Origin: Eledone cirrhosa
Lineage: Eukaryota
Direction of reading: 5' to 3'
Assembly (NCBI GenBank): GCA_964016885.1
Contig: OZ024745.1
Location: forward strand, 53,940,001 to 54,004,000
DNA length: 64,000 bases
A program made the translations under genes and the position numbers. Position 1 is the stretch's first letter. The number at the start of each line of letters is the position of its first letter. This document shows, piece by piece, positions 25,801 to 39,330 of this stretch. Under the pieces are notes generated by a model. The model had not been told where the DNA came from, searched no databases, and saw only the letters and a list, made by a program, of their open reading frames with translations.

Positions 25801-28800
25801 CTATCGTTGCTGCTGTTGTTTCTATCGTTGCTGCTGTGGTGCCTATCGTTGCTGCTGTTGTATCTATCGTTGCCCGCTGTTGTATCTATCGTTGCTGCTG
25901 TTGTATCTATCGTTGCTGCTGCTGTGCCTATCGTTGCTGCTGTTGTATCTATCGTTGCTGCTGTTGTATCTATCGTTGCTGCTGTTGTATCTATCGTTGC
26001 AGCTGTTGTATCTATCGTTGCTGCTGCTGTATCTATTGTTGCTGTTGTTGTGCCTATCGTTGCAGCTGTTGTGTCTATCGTTGCAGCTGTTGTATCTACC
26101 GTTGCTGCTGTGGTGCCTATCGTTGCAGCTGTTGTATCTATCGTTGCTGCTGTTTGCCTATCGTTGCTGCTGTTATATCTATCGTTGCAACTGTTGTATC
26201 TATCGTTGCTGCTGTGGTGCCTATTGTTGCAGCTGTTGTATCTATCGTTGCTGCTGTTGTGCCTATCGTTGCTGCTGTTGTATCTATCGTTGCTGCTGTG
26301 TACCTATCGTTGCTGCTGTTGTGTCTATCGTTGCTGCTCTTGTGCCTATCGTTGCTGCTGTTGTATCTATCGTTGCTGCTGTGGTGCCTATCGTTGCTGC
26401 TGTTGTATCTATCGTTGCCCGCTGTTGTATCTATCGTTGCTGCTGTTGTATCTATCGTTGCTGCTGCTGTGCCTATCGTTGCTGCTGTTGTATCTATCGT
26501 TGCTGCTGTTGTATCTATCGTTGCTGCTGTTGTGTCTATCGTTGCTGCTGTTGTATCTATCGTTGCTGCTCTTGTACCTATCGTTGCTGCTGATGTGCCT
26601 ATCGCTGCTGCTGTTGTATCTATTGTTGCAGCTCTTGTATCTATCGTTGCTGCTGTTGTATGTATCGTTGCTGCTGTTGAATCTATTGTTGCTGTTGTTG
26701 TGCCTATCGTTGCTGCTGTTGTATCTATTGTTGCAGCTGTTGTATCTATCGTTGCTGCTGTTGTATGTATCGTTGCTGCTGTTGTATCTATCGTTGCTGC
26801 TGTTGTATCTATCATTGCTGCTGTTTTGTACCTATCGTTTCTGCTGTTGTATCTATCGTTGCTGCTGTTGTATCTATCGTTGCTGCTGTTGTATCTATCA
26901 TTGCTGCTGTTGTGCCTATCGTTGCTGCTGTTTTGTACCTATCGTTTCTGCTGTTTTATCTATCGTTGCTGCTGTTGTAACTATTGTTGCTGCTGTTGTA
27001 TCTATCGTTGCTGCTGTTGAATCTATTGTTGCTGCTTTTGTATCTATCATTGCTGCTGTTGTATCTATTGTTGCAGCTCTTGTATCTATCGTTGCTGCTG
27101 TTGTATCTATCGTTGCTGTTGTTGTATCTATCGTTGCTGCTGTTGTGCCTATCGTTGCTGCTGTTGTATCTATCGTTTCTGCTGTTGTGCATATCGTTGC
27201 TGCTGTGTGCCTATTGTTGCAGCTGTGGTATCTATTGTTGCAGCTGTTGTATCTATCGTTGCTGCTGTTGTGCCTATCGTTGCTGCTGTTGTATCTATCG
27301 TTTCTGCTGTTGTATCTATTGTTGCTGTTGTTGTGCCTATCGTTGCTGCTGCTGTATCTATCGTTGCTGCTGTTGTGCATATCGTTGTTGCTGTTGTATC
27401 TATCGTTGCTGCTGTTGTATCTATTGTTGCTGCTGTTGTATCTATCGTTGCAGCTGTTGTATCTATCGTTGCTGCTGCTGTATCTATTGTTGCTGTTGTT
27501 GTGCCTATCGTTGCAGCTGTTGTATCTATTATTGCAGCTGTTGTATCTATCGTTGCTGCTGTTTGCCTATCGTTGCTACTGTTGTATCTATCGTTGCAAC
27601 TGTTGTATCTATCGTTGCTGCTGTGGTGCCTATTGTTGCAGCTGTTGTATCTATCGTTGCTGCTGTTGAGCCTATCGTTGCTGCTGTTGTATCTATCGTT
27701 GCTGCTGTGTGCCTATCGTTGCTGCTGTTGTATCTATCGTTGCTGCTCTTGTATATATCGTTGCTGCTCTTGTGCCTATCGTTGCTGCTGTTGTTTCTAT
27801 CGTTGCTGCTGTGGTGCCTATCGTTGCTGCTGTTGTATCTATCGTTGCCCGCTGTTGTATCTATCGTTGCTGCTGTTGTATCTATCGTTGCTGCTGCTGT
27901 GCCTATCGTTGCTGCTGTTGTATCTATCGTTGCTGCTGTTGTATCTATCGTTGCTGCTGCTGTGCCTATCGTTGCAGCTGTTGTATCTATCGTTGCTGCT
28001 GTTGTGTCTATCGTTGCTGCTGTTGTATCTATCGTTTCTGCTGTTGTGCATATCGTTGCTGCTGTGTGCCTATTGTTGCAGCTGTGGTATCTATTGTTGC
28101 AGCTGTTGTATCTATCGTTGCTGCTGTTGTGCCTATCGTTGCTGCTGTTGTATCTATTGTTGCTGTTGTTGTGCCTATCGTTGCTGCTGCTGTATCTATC
28201 GTTGCTGCTGTTGTGCATATCGTTGTTGCTGTTGTATCTATCGTTGCTGCTGTTGTATCTATTGTTGCTGCTGTTGTATCTATCGTTGCAGCTGTTGTAT
28301 CTATCGTTGCTGCTGCTGTATCTATTGTTGCTGTTGTTGTGCCTATCGTTGCAGCTGTTGTATCTATTATTGCAGCTGTTGTATCTATCGTTGCTGCTGT
28401 TTGCCTATCGTTGCTACTGTTGTATCTATCGTTGCAACTGTTGTATCTATCGTTGCTGCTGTGGTGCCTATTGTTGCAGCTGTTGTATCTATCGTTGCTG
28501 CTGTTGAGCCTATCGTTGCTGCTGTTGTATCTATCGTTGCTGCTGTGTGCCTATCGTTGCTGCTGTTGTATCTATCGTTGCTGCTCTTGTATCTATCGTT
28601 GCTGCTCTTGTGCCTATCGTTGCTGCTGTTGTTTCTATCGTTGCTGCTGTGGTGCCTATCGTTGCTGCTGTTGTATCTATCGTTGCCCGCTGTTGTATCT
28701 ATCGTTGCTGCTGTTGTATCTATCGTTGCTGCTGCTGTGCCTATCGTTGCTGCTGTTGTATCTATCGTTGCTGCTGTTGTATCTATCGTTGCTGCTGCTG

Positions 28801-29345
28801 TGCCTATCGTTGCAGCTGTTGTATCTATCGTTGCTGCTGTTGTGTCTATCGTTGCTGCTGTTGTATCTATCGTTGCTGCTCTTGTACCTATCGTTGCTGC
28901 TGTTGTATCTATTGTTGCAGCTCTTGTATCTATCGTTGCTGCTGTTGTATCTATCGTTGCTGCTGTTGTATCTATCGTTGCTGCTGTTGAATCTATTGTT
29001 GCTGTTGTTGTGCCTATCGTTGCTGCTGTTGTATCTATTGTTGCAGCTGTTGTATCTATCGTTGCTGCTGTTGTATGTATCGTTGCTGCTGTTGTATCTA
29101 TCGTTGCTGCTGTTGTATCTATCATTGCTGCTGTTGTATCTATCGTTGCTGCTGTTGTGTCTATTGTTGCTGCTGTTGTGCCTATCGTTGCTGCTGTTGT
29201 ATCTATCGTTGCTGCTGTTGTACCTATCGTTGCTGCTCTTGTGCCTATCGTTGCAGCTGTTGTATCAACCATTGCAGCTGTTGTATCTATCGTTGCTGCT
29301 GTTGTACCTATCGTTGCTGCTGTTGTGCCTATCGTTGCGGCTCTC
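22873..29345. repeat. 21-bp minisatellite (consensus TGTTGTATCTATCGTTGCTGC), ~6.5 kb, with 2813-bp and 838-bp higher-order periods
   Basis: Direct reading. Matching ORFs recur at offsets of 2813 (23325/26138, 24171/26984, 24394/27207) and 838 (24896/25734, 27709/28547). Confidence 0.97.
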
Positions 29346-31049
29346 GTTACTGTTCATCTTGTGTTGGTTTCGATTGGGTAGTGATACTAAGTTTATGAAG
29401 ATGACAGCATTTACAACTCCAGACGGGTTTATTCCAACCACTTTTCCATTGTCCATTAGCATTTCGATTTATTACGTGTCAATGTAGGGGGAGGTGCATA
29501 CAATTTTTGTGTCTGTGTGCCTCCTCTTTGGTGATATTTTACACCAAGAGGTTTCCAAACGTTTTTCAAGCACAATTGTGCCTGAGCCTGATTTCGATTG
29601 TCATTTTTAAAAATTATAACATTTGTATGATATTAAGCTTATTGTCTCCCTGATTTGACAGTTGTTTAGTTTAGCTGGCGCTGTTGCGACAAGAAAATCA
29701 AATCTTTAGCGACACATTAAAGTTATTTACTTGTAAATAGGAACGCGCTTTTGTTATTGTTGATTCAGTAGCTCTATGATCAAAATCGTTCCAGCAATGA
29801 CCACTCTACATTTTTTCAAGTACGATGTACATCATCCAAAGTGACTTAAACATCTATTTTATGATGGTATAGTACGATTTAAAGGGAATTTGGCAATTAT
29901 TTCTAGCCGATCATGTGACCATCATTTGACTGTTATTGTAGTTGTTTTTGTTGTTTAGGAACCTGGTTAACTCTGATAGAACAAACTCATGATGAATGGT
30001 ACTCCATCCGTGTCGATCTCAGCTCTGGGTATCTTTCTGTTTTAAGAAGGCAGAGTGAGTTGAGGAAATTTGGTTGTCCTTTGTTCCAGATGAAACGATC
30101 ACGTAGTGGTTATTAATAGCTGTGTACAATAAATTGACCTTCAAGAAACTAATGCATTTTCTAGGCTTATCACTACATTTCGATTGCTTATTTTTTCGGC
30201 AAGGTATGATTATTACAGACTTACAATTAATCATTAAAAAAAAATGACTACATTTGTGTTATATAAGAAGCAATAAAAGACATGTGGACGCACAATATGT
30301 ATCTTTACCACACGCAAAAGAGATTTACGTCTTTCGCACCAGGTGGATTTTTTTTCTGACAAACGTTTATAAAATTACGTAACAAACCTATGAATCATTA
30401 ATTTGATATGAGAACAGATATACATAATTTAGTTTTAAAATTATATTTGTAGGAAAACCCATAAAAACATGGTTTGAGTCTGACAAAAGAATTCTGCAAT
30501 TTCGACTGACTTAGGTCTTGTTCAGCTTCGGTGCAGTAATTAGTTTGCACGTTCCTGACAGCATTGAGGCTAAATGAGATCCAGGAAGGTCGGAAATGGA
30601 ATATTTTCGTTGTCGTAGTCGTGTGTTCTCTCTAGGAGTTATAACACAACAGGTACTTTATGGCAAGAACAATTACATATTTCTATATGAAATTAATCTT
30701 ATCATATCTCCATCTTTTGCGTATATATTAGAATATTTAGCAACAAGACACAGTACAAGTGAGGGAGTAGCAGTGATGTTACACCTCAATTTGTACCTTA
30801 TTTCAAAAAATGAATTTAAAGATGCGAATATTTGGGCGAATATTTTAAATATAGAAACGAACAAAGACTAAGTTACCGTCTGCTTGACCTTCCGGAGCGA
30901 GTATGAAATGAAAGGATAAGCCGAAATAACACGTGAACCCCAGTACATGGAGAGGCGCAGCACAAAGGTAACTGCTAGAGGCAAAGCTGATGATATCGGA
31001 ACCTGGAAAAATTGTATTTCTATGGGTACGCCCTCGTGTCAAAAAAAAG

Positions 31050-31084
<35 letters not shown>

Positions 31085-32279
31085 ATTATTATTATTGTTA
31101 TTATTATTGTTATTATTTGTTTCGTGTCTTGACATAACGTGTTGCTAGATCACTCTGTAAGTTTGTCGTTCATTCCTCTTGTTCTAAAACGTATTTTGTG
31201 AGCTTCTTTTAGTGCTTTGTGGCTAACCTGACCACGTTCCTAGTAAGCCAGTCGGTTTTCCTCTATCTTCTAGCCCCTAAAGAATAAATCTGCATTTATT
31301 TTGACAAAAAAAAAAACATAGCACAAAATGAGGACATAGGAACAGAGGGGAGGTGTTTCGGTACCCACGCCTTGAAGATGTCACAAACTCTGAAAATGGT
31401 GCGAATGTCTGTAGAGACATAAAACAGTGAGACAAACCTTCCACATGACTACTGAACCCCAAGTATAAAAACGACTAGCAGGCTTTCAAAGGGGGTTCCC
31501 AAAGGAACCCAACCATATTTACAGGTCGAACTACCCGATCTCCAGCAGAATCAAGAGGGTAAGTACCCTATTTTTCTTTTCTCCTTACTCTTTCTGTCCA
31601 GCACGGTAATTTTAAGAGTAGGGTGTATAAATGCACGTGGCCTGTGGTCGTCCTGGAAGCAATGTCACTTCCTCAACGACTTTAGCTCTCCTTGAAAGAT
31701 CAGAAGAAGTGGTGAATGCATGCATCACCCCCGCCTAAACGTGCCTTACCCCATTTCACGCCTCACCAGATTTTAGTGTCTGATGATGCGCACACATGTG
31801 CCGAGGCTACGGCACTTGCAATTATTAAATATTCCTAAACGGTGCACAGATGTGGTTGCGTTTGTGAGAGTGGTTTTTCCAAAGCTCGTCTCTTTGAGAG
31901 ACCTGTAGTCGTGGGTCAAGTGAAGACCGAGACTGGGTCCCTTACATCTGGAATTGGCAGAATAGAGCACCGGACACAGTGCCTTGGTCTAGTATTACAG
32001 CTCTTTACGTTCTATAAAATTGTGCAGTGGTCAACTTCGCCTTTCATTCTTGTGGGGTTATTAAAATTAAGCGCCATTTAAGTAGCTCGGCCAATTTAAT
32101 GAGCTATATACAACACAATTTCAACATGTATCTATGTCAGAAATGATCCCATCGAGGTAAATGTTGCCTCTCATCGTTTCAATTTCGATAAAATAAAGTA
32201 TCATGCAAGTCAAATACTTAGATACATTTCCCACTCATAGATTGCTGGCTTTGAGCCTATATTAGAAACAATTAGAAGA

Positions 32280-32430
32280 GCAATGGATTAGCAGAATCGA
32301 TAGAGCATCGGACAAATGCTTGGTGGTATTTGTGCCGACACTTACTTCTCTGAGTTCAATTATCACCGAGGTAAACTTTAACATTCATCCTTCCGTGGTC
32401 GATAAAATATTTTAGTCGAGTACTGAGGTA
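32280..32430 (+). mobile_element. Diverged SINE copy
   Basis: tggattagcagaatcgatagagcatcggac...tctgagttcaatt..ccgaggtaaactttaacattcatccttccgtggtcgataaaat. Confidence 0.75.
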
Positions 32431-33105
32431 GATTTAATTAACTATTATTATCATGAACGTCACTATTGTTCTAATAATGCTTGGTTCTATTTCTCTATTA
32501 AAACCTTGATATTGGTTTCGCAATGTACCAATTACATATAGTACGAGGGACTGATACTGTTGTTTAGTTAACAAGGCAAAACATCATCTTCAGATCTATT
32601 TTCCCTTAAACCCTTTATTATCTTCTAAATTTAATCCCCTACCAGTTTCTATGTCGAGGTGTCTGAATTAGCTTAGATCTCCTATCTCAATTTCTTTCAA
32701 TATCTCCTCGTCCAATCTAAATATCGTATTATATATGTAACTATGGCAAGATCTCCCCGGTTAGGTCACCGTACAGCCTTTTATCTTTTCAGCGGTCAGT
32801 CTCTTCTTTCTATGCTTCAGATAATATCGCCTTTTCAGTTCAATGGATATTTTTCTCTTCATTTCCAAATAACTAAATAATATCTCTGGCTTTGGTCAAA
32901 GTGCGTCTCGTTACATCTTCTCTTCACATCGGATAGTTGTTTTCCTCTCTCTATCTCCTTCTCTCTCATCTCCTCATCTCCGTTTTTCTGTCTGTCTCCC
33001 CCTATCCCCTCTCTCTCTATATATATGTATTTAAACGCAAAGGAATCGGACTAGCACACCCACTCAGATATTTATGACACACACATACACGCATAGATAT
33101 ATACG

Positions 33106-33178
<73 letters not shown>

Positions 33179-33471
33179 ATATAAAGGATGGCGAGAAAGT
33201 ACGGAATGAGAAATCATGTTGGAAACTCAGTGACACCTTCTTTCTCTCCATTCAACTTGCATCATCACACAAAGCCATAGACTCCCACTCATATAGTTTC
33301 ATTTGGCTCTCCCTCCCACACAATGAATTTAATGACCCCGCGTCTCTCAAATATGAAAAGTTAAGTCAAAAACATGAAAAGTTAAGTCAAAAATTTTCCC
33401 CACCTCATCCAAATGTTCAAATTGTTCCTCTCGGAAGTATGCACACCGCATTCAAAATCCTTGCTTTATAG

Positions 33472-33662
33472 CAGCGTTACTTAACTTTTTTACCCTTGTG
33501 GAACCCTTGAAATAGTTTTCATGTCTCAGAGAACCCCTGCATAAAAATTATTATATACCATTATTAATATCTGTTCTCCTTTCTCACGTAAACCTCTAGC
33601 GACTTCTCGTAGAATCTTAGGGTTCCGGAGAACAACGGTTGAGAAACGGTTGAGAAACGCTG
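33472..33662. mobile_element. Short hAT-like (Charlie/MER-type) MITE
   Basis: Imperfect TIRs CAGCGTTACTTAAC / GTTGAGAAACGCTG, internal GGAACCC and GGGTTCC subterminal motifs, TATAG-containing flanks. Confidence 0.55.
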
Positions 33663-34388
33663 TCTATAGCGATAATGGTTGTGCGTGTCCCTCACAATCC
33701 GTTGGAACGTTGAAGCACACATAAATGTTATGTAGAATACTAAGGGCAAAGTTTGACCAGTGTAGTCCCTCTTTTTCCAGCTGTAATTTTGCTAGATGTA
33801 ATATCAAAATATTTATCAATTATAATGTGCGGTTGTTTTAACACAGAATGAAGCCTCTCCGTGTTCTCTTGATCTATTAGAAACAGCAATAAAATCTTCC
33901 TCAAGCTGCCAGGGATCTAGAATAGAAAAACATTGGATTGTTTAAATTATAATCTCTATCATAAGTCTGCTCGATCAGAACTTACCTGTGGTTAAACAAC
34001 TACTATGACAATAGCAGCAGTAACAACAACAATTTCGGTTTGATTGCCCCAGGACACAGATGAGATTGTCCCGTTTTAAATGTATTTTATAGGTTTGATC
34101 AATAAGAACTGGGCGATCGTTGCTGGTGTTTAAAACAACGAAGTAATCCTACTTTGCGGTACTTATTTAAACCTGGACGAACGTCCTCCTTTCCTGGGGT
34201 ACTTTCCACCACACTATTGGTGACAATCTGTGAATTATCGTTTCCTTGGTGCACAGCTTACATTACCGATATTGGAGTCTTCAAACATTATTGTTAACTA
34301 ACATATAACCCATAATAAGAATGTTTCATTGAAGTTTCTCCATTACAACATTCAATGTGAATATCCAATTTTTCCTTGACCATCATAT

Positions 34389-34524
34389 CTTCTTCTTCTT
34401 CTTCTTCTTCTTCTTCTTCTTCTTCTTCTTCTTCTTCTTCTTCTTCTTCTTCTTCTTCTTCTTCTTCTTCTTCTTCTTCTTCTTCTTCTTCTTCTTCTTC
34501 TTCTTCTTCTTCTTCTTCTTCTTC
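34389..34524. repeat. (CTT)n microsatellite
   Basis: Direct reading of the sequence. Confidence 0.95.
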
Positions 34525-34734
34525 TCGACATATGGTTTATTTAGCGCAACAATAACAAAACAAGATATGTAGAGAGATAGACATATAAATAGACATTGTT
34601 GTCGTTATTATTCTTGGTCAGCTGCTTGTTGCTTATTAACTCGGTTATAGGGTTATTGACTTTTTGTTGTTATCGCTGTCAATGCCAGGGTGAGAGAGTG
34701 AGAGAGAGGGAGAGAGTGTGAGAGAGGGAGAGAG

Positions 34735-34776
<42 letters not shown>

Positions 34777-35621
34777 AGAGAGAGGGAGAGAGACAGAGAC
34801 AGGGGAGATGAGAAATAAAATCAACAGTATTAGTCATGCCACACATCAACTAATGAGAGAAAGAAACGAATCCCCCAAACTGTACCATATTTCCTATGTA
34901 GTTCATATTGAAATAAACATATGCTGACGACAAAAACAAACATCCAATGTTTACTACTCACTGTTTAAAAGTTAGTCTGTCTCGTGGTCTCAGCGGACGA
35001 AATGGAAAAGACATTGCCCCGAAGGATGGCAAGGGAGACACGATGGAACAGGTAGCCAACTCTGCTCCGATAGCAGTGAGTAGGGATGGGGTGCAGGGGT
35101 TAAGAAGTCTCCACCGCCACAGTCTTTACCACAAACCTATCAGAGAGCGGCCGATATTTGACAGTTTGCCCTCTTCGGCCTGGAGGACAGCGAACTCTGG
35201 GTTGGTAGCCGAATGCACCAGGTTGTCGTTGAAGCCAATTTTACCTTTCAGCTTTGCTTGGTCAGTAAAATAAATTACCAGTTCAGGGTTGTTGATTGGT
35301 GGAATTGCAAGGGCATCGGATGATATGATCTTACTTCGAATCCTTCTGCACCTTGGTGCGTGGTGGATTTAACCCTGAAATCAAAGAACAAAATATTAGC
35401 AAGGAGTAAAGAAAATGGTTCCAGTTGCACCTAGCTTCTTATAGTGGCTGCTTTGATAACGAAAGGAAAACGTGTGCTATAATGTAGTCAAAGGAACTAG
35501 AATATTTTCTAGTAGCATGTACATAGTTTGACATCTCTAGATGGAGTGATACCGTCGGAAATTGTTGAAATCATTGAGATTTCCAGTCGACAGCTGAAGA
35601 AAATAATGTCCCGTGTATGTA

Positions 35622-35675
<54 letters not shown>

Positions 35676-35782
35676 ATAATAATAAATTTGAAGACTAAAA
35701 TCCAAAGAGGGCTCGAAAAGGATAACTATATATCAAATATATAAGAACCGTTGAGCAAATATTTATTAAAATAACAGATTAA

Positions 35783-35833
35783 AGTTTAAGCAAAGAATCG
35801 CTGCTTTCACTCTTAACGGGATCTTCTGAAACT
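35783..35833 (-). ncRNA. Hammerhead-like motif at the 3' end of the PLE (mirror copy at 40258-40308 on plus)
   Basis: AGUUU-CAGAAGA-UCCCGUUAAG(A/G)GU-GAAA-GCAGCGAUUCUUUGC-UU-AAACU, followed by AAUAAA. Stem I and stem III pair, but the core has CAGA in place of CUGA in both arms. Confidence 0.5.
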
Positions 35834-36790
35834 AACAAAGTCAATCTGTAAACGCAGAAGTGGATATTTAAAAACACGTTGCAACCGGAGGAAGACAGGA
35901 AAACGATACTTTGGTTCGTGGAAACGTTCCCTGGCAAAGAACGGGAAAAAACGAATATAATACGTCATGAATAGGAGCGGTGAAAAACAATTACACGCAA
36001 AGACAGAACCACGTTTATGGTATAAAAGAAGTCGTAGACTAATGTTCTCTTAGGTGGTTCATAGAGACGTTCTCTGGCAATGAACGGAAAAAACGAAGAT
36101 AATACGTCATATGTGGAGCGTAGAGAACAATTGCACGCAAAGACAAAACCACGTAAATGGTATAGCTGAAGTCGTAGACTAAAATTCTAACTAGGAAACC
36201 GAAAGAATCTCCGCTTCAGAGTTAAGAATAAAGTAAATAAAATACAATACCGAGGTAATAGAAATTAAATAAATACATACACGCATGCAAATACGTACGT
36301 ACACAAGCATACGCGAAAACACTTGCCATAGGTATACAAAACCACGGACATTTAAATATGTGTCTGTGTGTGTGCGTGTATAAAAATAAATAAATAAATA
36401 AATAAACGTATATAAATAAACGTATATAAATAAATAAATACGTATATAACAAGCGCACACACATACCTACATGTAAATACAAAAATGTTCGGATACGTAC
36501 GTCAACCAAAACATGAAGTACACATAAACACACACCCTACATACATACGAACCTGCATACTCATACGAACGCAAAACTCCCGTATACACATAACCAAACC
36601 ATATGTACTAGAATATATAAAAATTATACGCCGTAACATATACAATCAAATATACGTACGAGAAAGTATACGTACCTTCATAAAATATACAGGTAATATA
36701 TACTTACCTATGCAAATAAGTAATGGTATAAACATAACATATACTTAGCTACCACATCAAGACGTAAAATATCCACGTATAGATCGTACT

Positions 36791-38700
36791 ATCCGTTAGG
36801 GTATAATGTGGGGCTGTAATACAGGAATGTTGTGTGCAATTTATGTTTACAAGCCGAAATTGCCTCAGATTTTTTGTTTAAGATGTGGTCTGTGGAGTAG
36901 AGTATTTCCAGGGCCTCAGCGGCGCAGGGGTCACATGGTCTTTATTTCCGTTATACGATCTAGCCCTAGCTAGGATCTCCCAGTGTAACTTATATTGGGT
37001 GTGGTTGTCTTTTAGACTCCAGATATAAGCTGAAAGTGACGTCATATTCCTTCTTAGAGGGTAACGAAAAGAATGGGTATGCATGTAAAGACGCTGCTTG
37101 AATCTATTGGCGGTTAACCCTATGTAGGCCCTACGGGACGTGGGTGTTTCAACCTTACATTTGTAGACAATGTTACTAGAGAGGCATTTCCCGGATAGGG
37201 GGTAATCAACCCGATTCCTACAATTACAGTTAGTACTAACTACATGGTTGCACGTGTTCCTACAGCTAGGTAGTTTAGCTAAATTTGAAGGTGTGATGTT
37301 AGGAGTCGTAGAGTAAGAAATTTTAATAGTATTTCTATTAAAAATTTTACTATATTTATGTGTAGGGGAAAATGCTTCGTAATAAGGGAAAGAAAGATCT
37401 TAGCTAATGGTGTAGCCACCTCCATATTATAGGGTGGGTTATACCAACAAATGCGACGGGATCTATTTCTTCTAGGTCTATTTTCGTACTCTGTATATGC
37501 TACCTTATCGACAAATCCACTCCGAGCGAGAGCTTCATTGTAATAAGTGGAATGGTCGTTGAAAATATGCTCGTTAGTAGATAGACGGGAAAGCCTCAAC
37601 GAAACGTTTCTTACCAGGTTCTTGGTTATGCTGGCAGGATGGTTGGAATGCTTACTTATGTAATTAAGCGTATCATTCGGCTTTCTCTACGGGTAATACA
37701 ACCCATTCGATAAATCGAGGGTAACGTCGAGGTAATTAACGACCGAGAGATTGGCCTCAACCTGTATAGAGAGGTTGAAGCCTTTAAAGAAGGCTGTGAG
37801 TTCTTTTCTGAACCTGTCGCAAGCGCGAGGTCCGCACTTAGTCATGGTCAAAAGACCATCATCACGGTACAAACCACCGCCCGCGTTGGGGAATTCGTCT
37901 TTGATAGAGAAAAGAAGGAAAAGGCCAATAAGATCAGTAACCTCCGCAGAATCGCTGGCGCCCATACTCACGTCGAATGGGGTACTATTGGATTTTTTAA
38001 TCCAAATAGAGTCGTCGAAATTAATCACCGACTTACGGGCATTGAGGATGACATCAACTTCGAAATCCTTAACCACTGTGAGTGTTTTAGCGAAATTTAT
38101 AGCTCTAAGGAGAAGTGGTAAAGTGATGGAGGAGTAGTAATTGTTGATGTCGAATTGGATAAAACGGCAATGTTCCTTGTTGCATATGCCGTTGAACCAA
38201 TCAATCACCACGAAAGAATTGTTCCACAGTGCAAGAGGGGCCAAACTTCTAATTTCAGGTATAATTCTATCAAGAATCCTTTTACTAAGTCTACCTAAAT
38301 CGGACTTCGTAGGGTTAATAAGCCGAATAGAGGGGTTGTTCGGAAAATTGGATTTGTGATCCTTCAGGGTAAAGTGGGGAGAGATAGGGTCCAGAGGTTC
38401 GGTCCGGTCCAGGATGTTGAGATCAGAGGTGATTTTAAACCCAGCATCGTTGATTTCATTGATGACGCACCGATTAGTTTTACGGTAATCCTTAGTTACA
38501 GCATTATGTAGTAGTTGATGGTAAGTACTGAGCTCCACTTGATATAGGTTGCCAGTTTTGTCGGAATGGACGTGCACGGCATTAGAATCCTTAATAGAAC
38601 GAATTCTATTCTTCAGGTCCTGCTGGAAGGAATTGCTCCTATTCCGAAATTTGATACTCCGTATGAGTTCCAAGACATCATTTTCGAATGGTAGCAATGC
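36791..38700 (-). pseudogene. Penelope-like RT plus C-terminal GIY-YIG endonuclease ORF, disrupted
   Basis: RT motifs IRLINPTKSDLG, IQFDINNYYSSI, FDVSMGASDSAEV and GLYRDDGL, then YLDVTLDL and WYNPPYN. An in-frame TAG at 37687-37689 (YYP*RKPNDT), a frameshift near 37365 (KHFP/THKYSKIFNRNT) and another in the EN domain disrupt it. Confidence 0.9.
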
Positions 38701-38784
38701 AATAAATATAGTAAATATAGTAAATATAGTAAATATAATAAATATAGTAAATATAGTAACATTTTTAATAGAAATACTATTAAA

Positions 38785-39330
38785 ATGACTTACTCTACGA
38801 CTCCTAACCTTGCACATAACATCACAGCTTCAAATTTAGCTAAACTACCTAGCCGTAGGAACACGTGCAGCCCTGTAGTTAGTACTAACTGTAATTGTAG
38901 GAATCGGGTTGATTGCCCCCTATCCGGGAAATGCCTCTCTCGTAACATTGTCTACAAATGTAAGGTTGAAACACCCACGTACCGTAGGGCCTACATAGGG
39001 TTAACCGCCAATAGATTCAAGCAGCGTCTTTACATGCATACCCATTCTTTTCGTTACCCTCTAAGAAGGAATATGACGTCACTTTCAGCTTATATCTGGA
39101 GTCTAAAAGACAACCACACCCAATATAAGTTACACTGGGAGACCCTAGCTAGGGCTAGATCGTATAACGGAAATAAAAGACCATGTGACCTCTGCGTCGC
39201 TGACACCCTGGAAATACTCTACGCAACAGACCACATCTTAAACAAAAAATGTGAGGCAATTTCAGCTTGTAAACATAAATTGCACAAAACTTTCCTGTAT
39301 TACAGCCCCACATTTTACCCTAACGGATAG
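38785..39330 (+). pseudogene. Open GIY-YIG endonuclease segment in the inverted arm (partial copy of the PLE ORF 3' end)
   Basis: CNCRNRVDCPLSGKC linker, NIVYKC...YIGLT...FKQRLYMH, CDLC, LNKKCE...CKH. The ATG is probably incidental, since the other arm reads ATT at that codon. Confidence 0.85.

Noticed and set aside
22873-29345. CRISPR-like periodicity
   Set aside because: Units are contiguous with no unique spacers, the context is eukaryotic, and there are no cas genes.
22835-29487. Very long ORFs (up to 1091 aa) rich in VVSIVAA, LLYLSLL and CCIYRCC
   Set aside because: They are translations of a stop-free 21-bp minisatellite that switch frame at indel units. There is no evidence of a real gene.
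36791-38700. Selenoprotein-type or stop-readthrough PLE (as in some Naiads)
   Set aside because: The interrupting stop is TAG at a probable Tyr codon, not TGA. The endonuclease is C-terminal and frameshifts are also present. The ATGAC motifs in the UTR lack a SECIS-like AA loop.
37751-38788. Plus-strand ORFs of 72-128 aa
   Set aside because: They are antisense shadows of the PLE RT frame.
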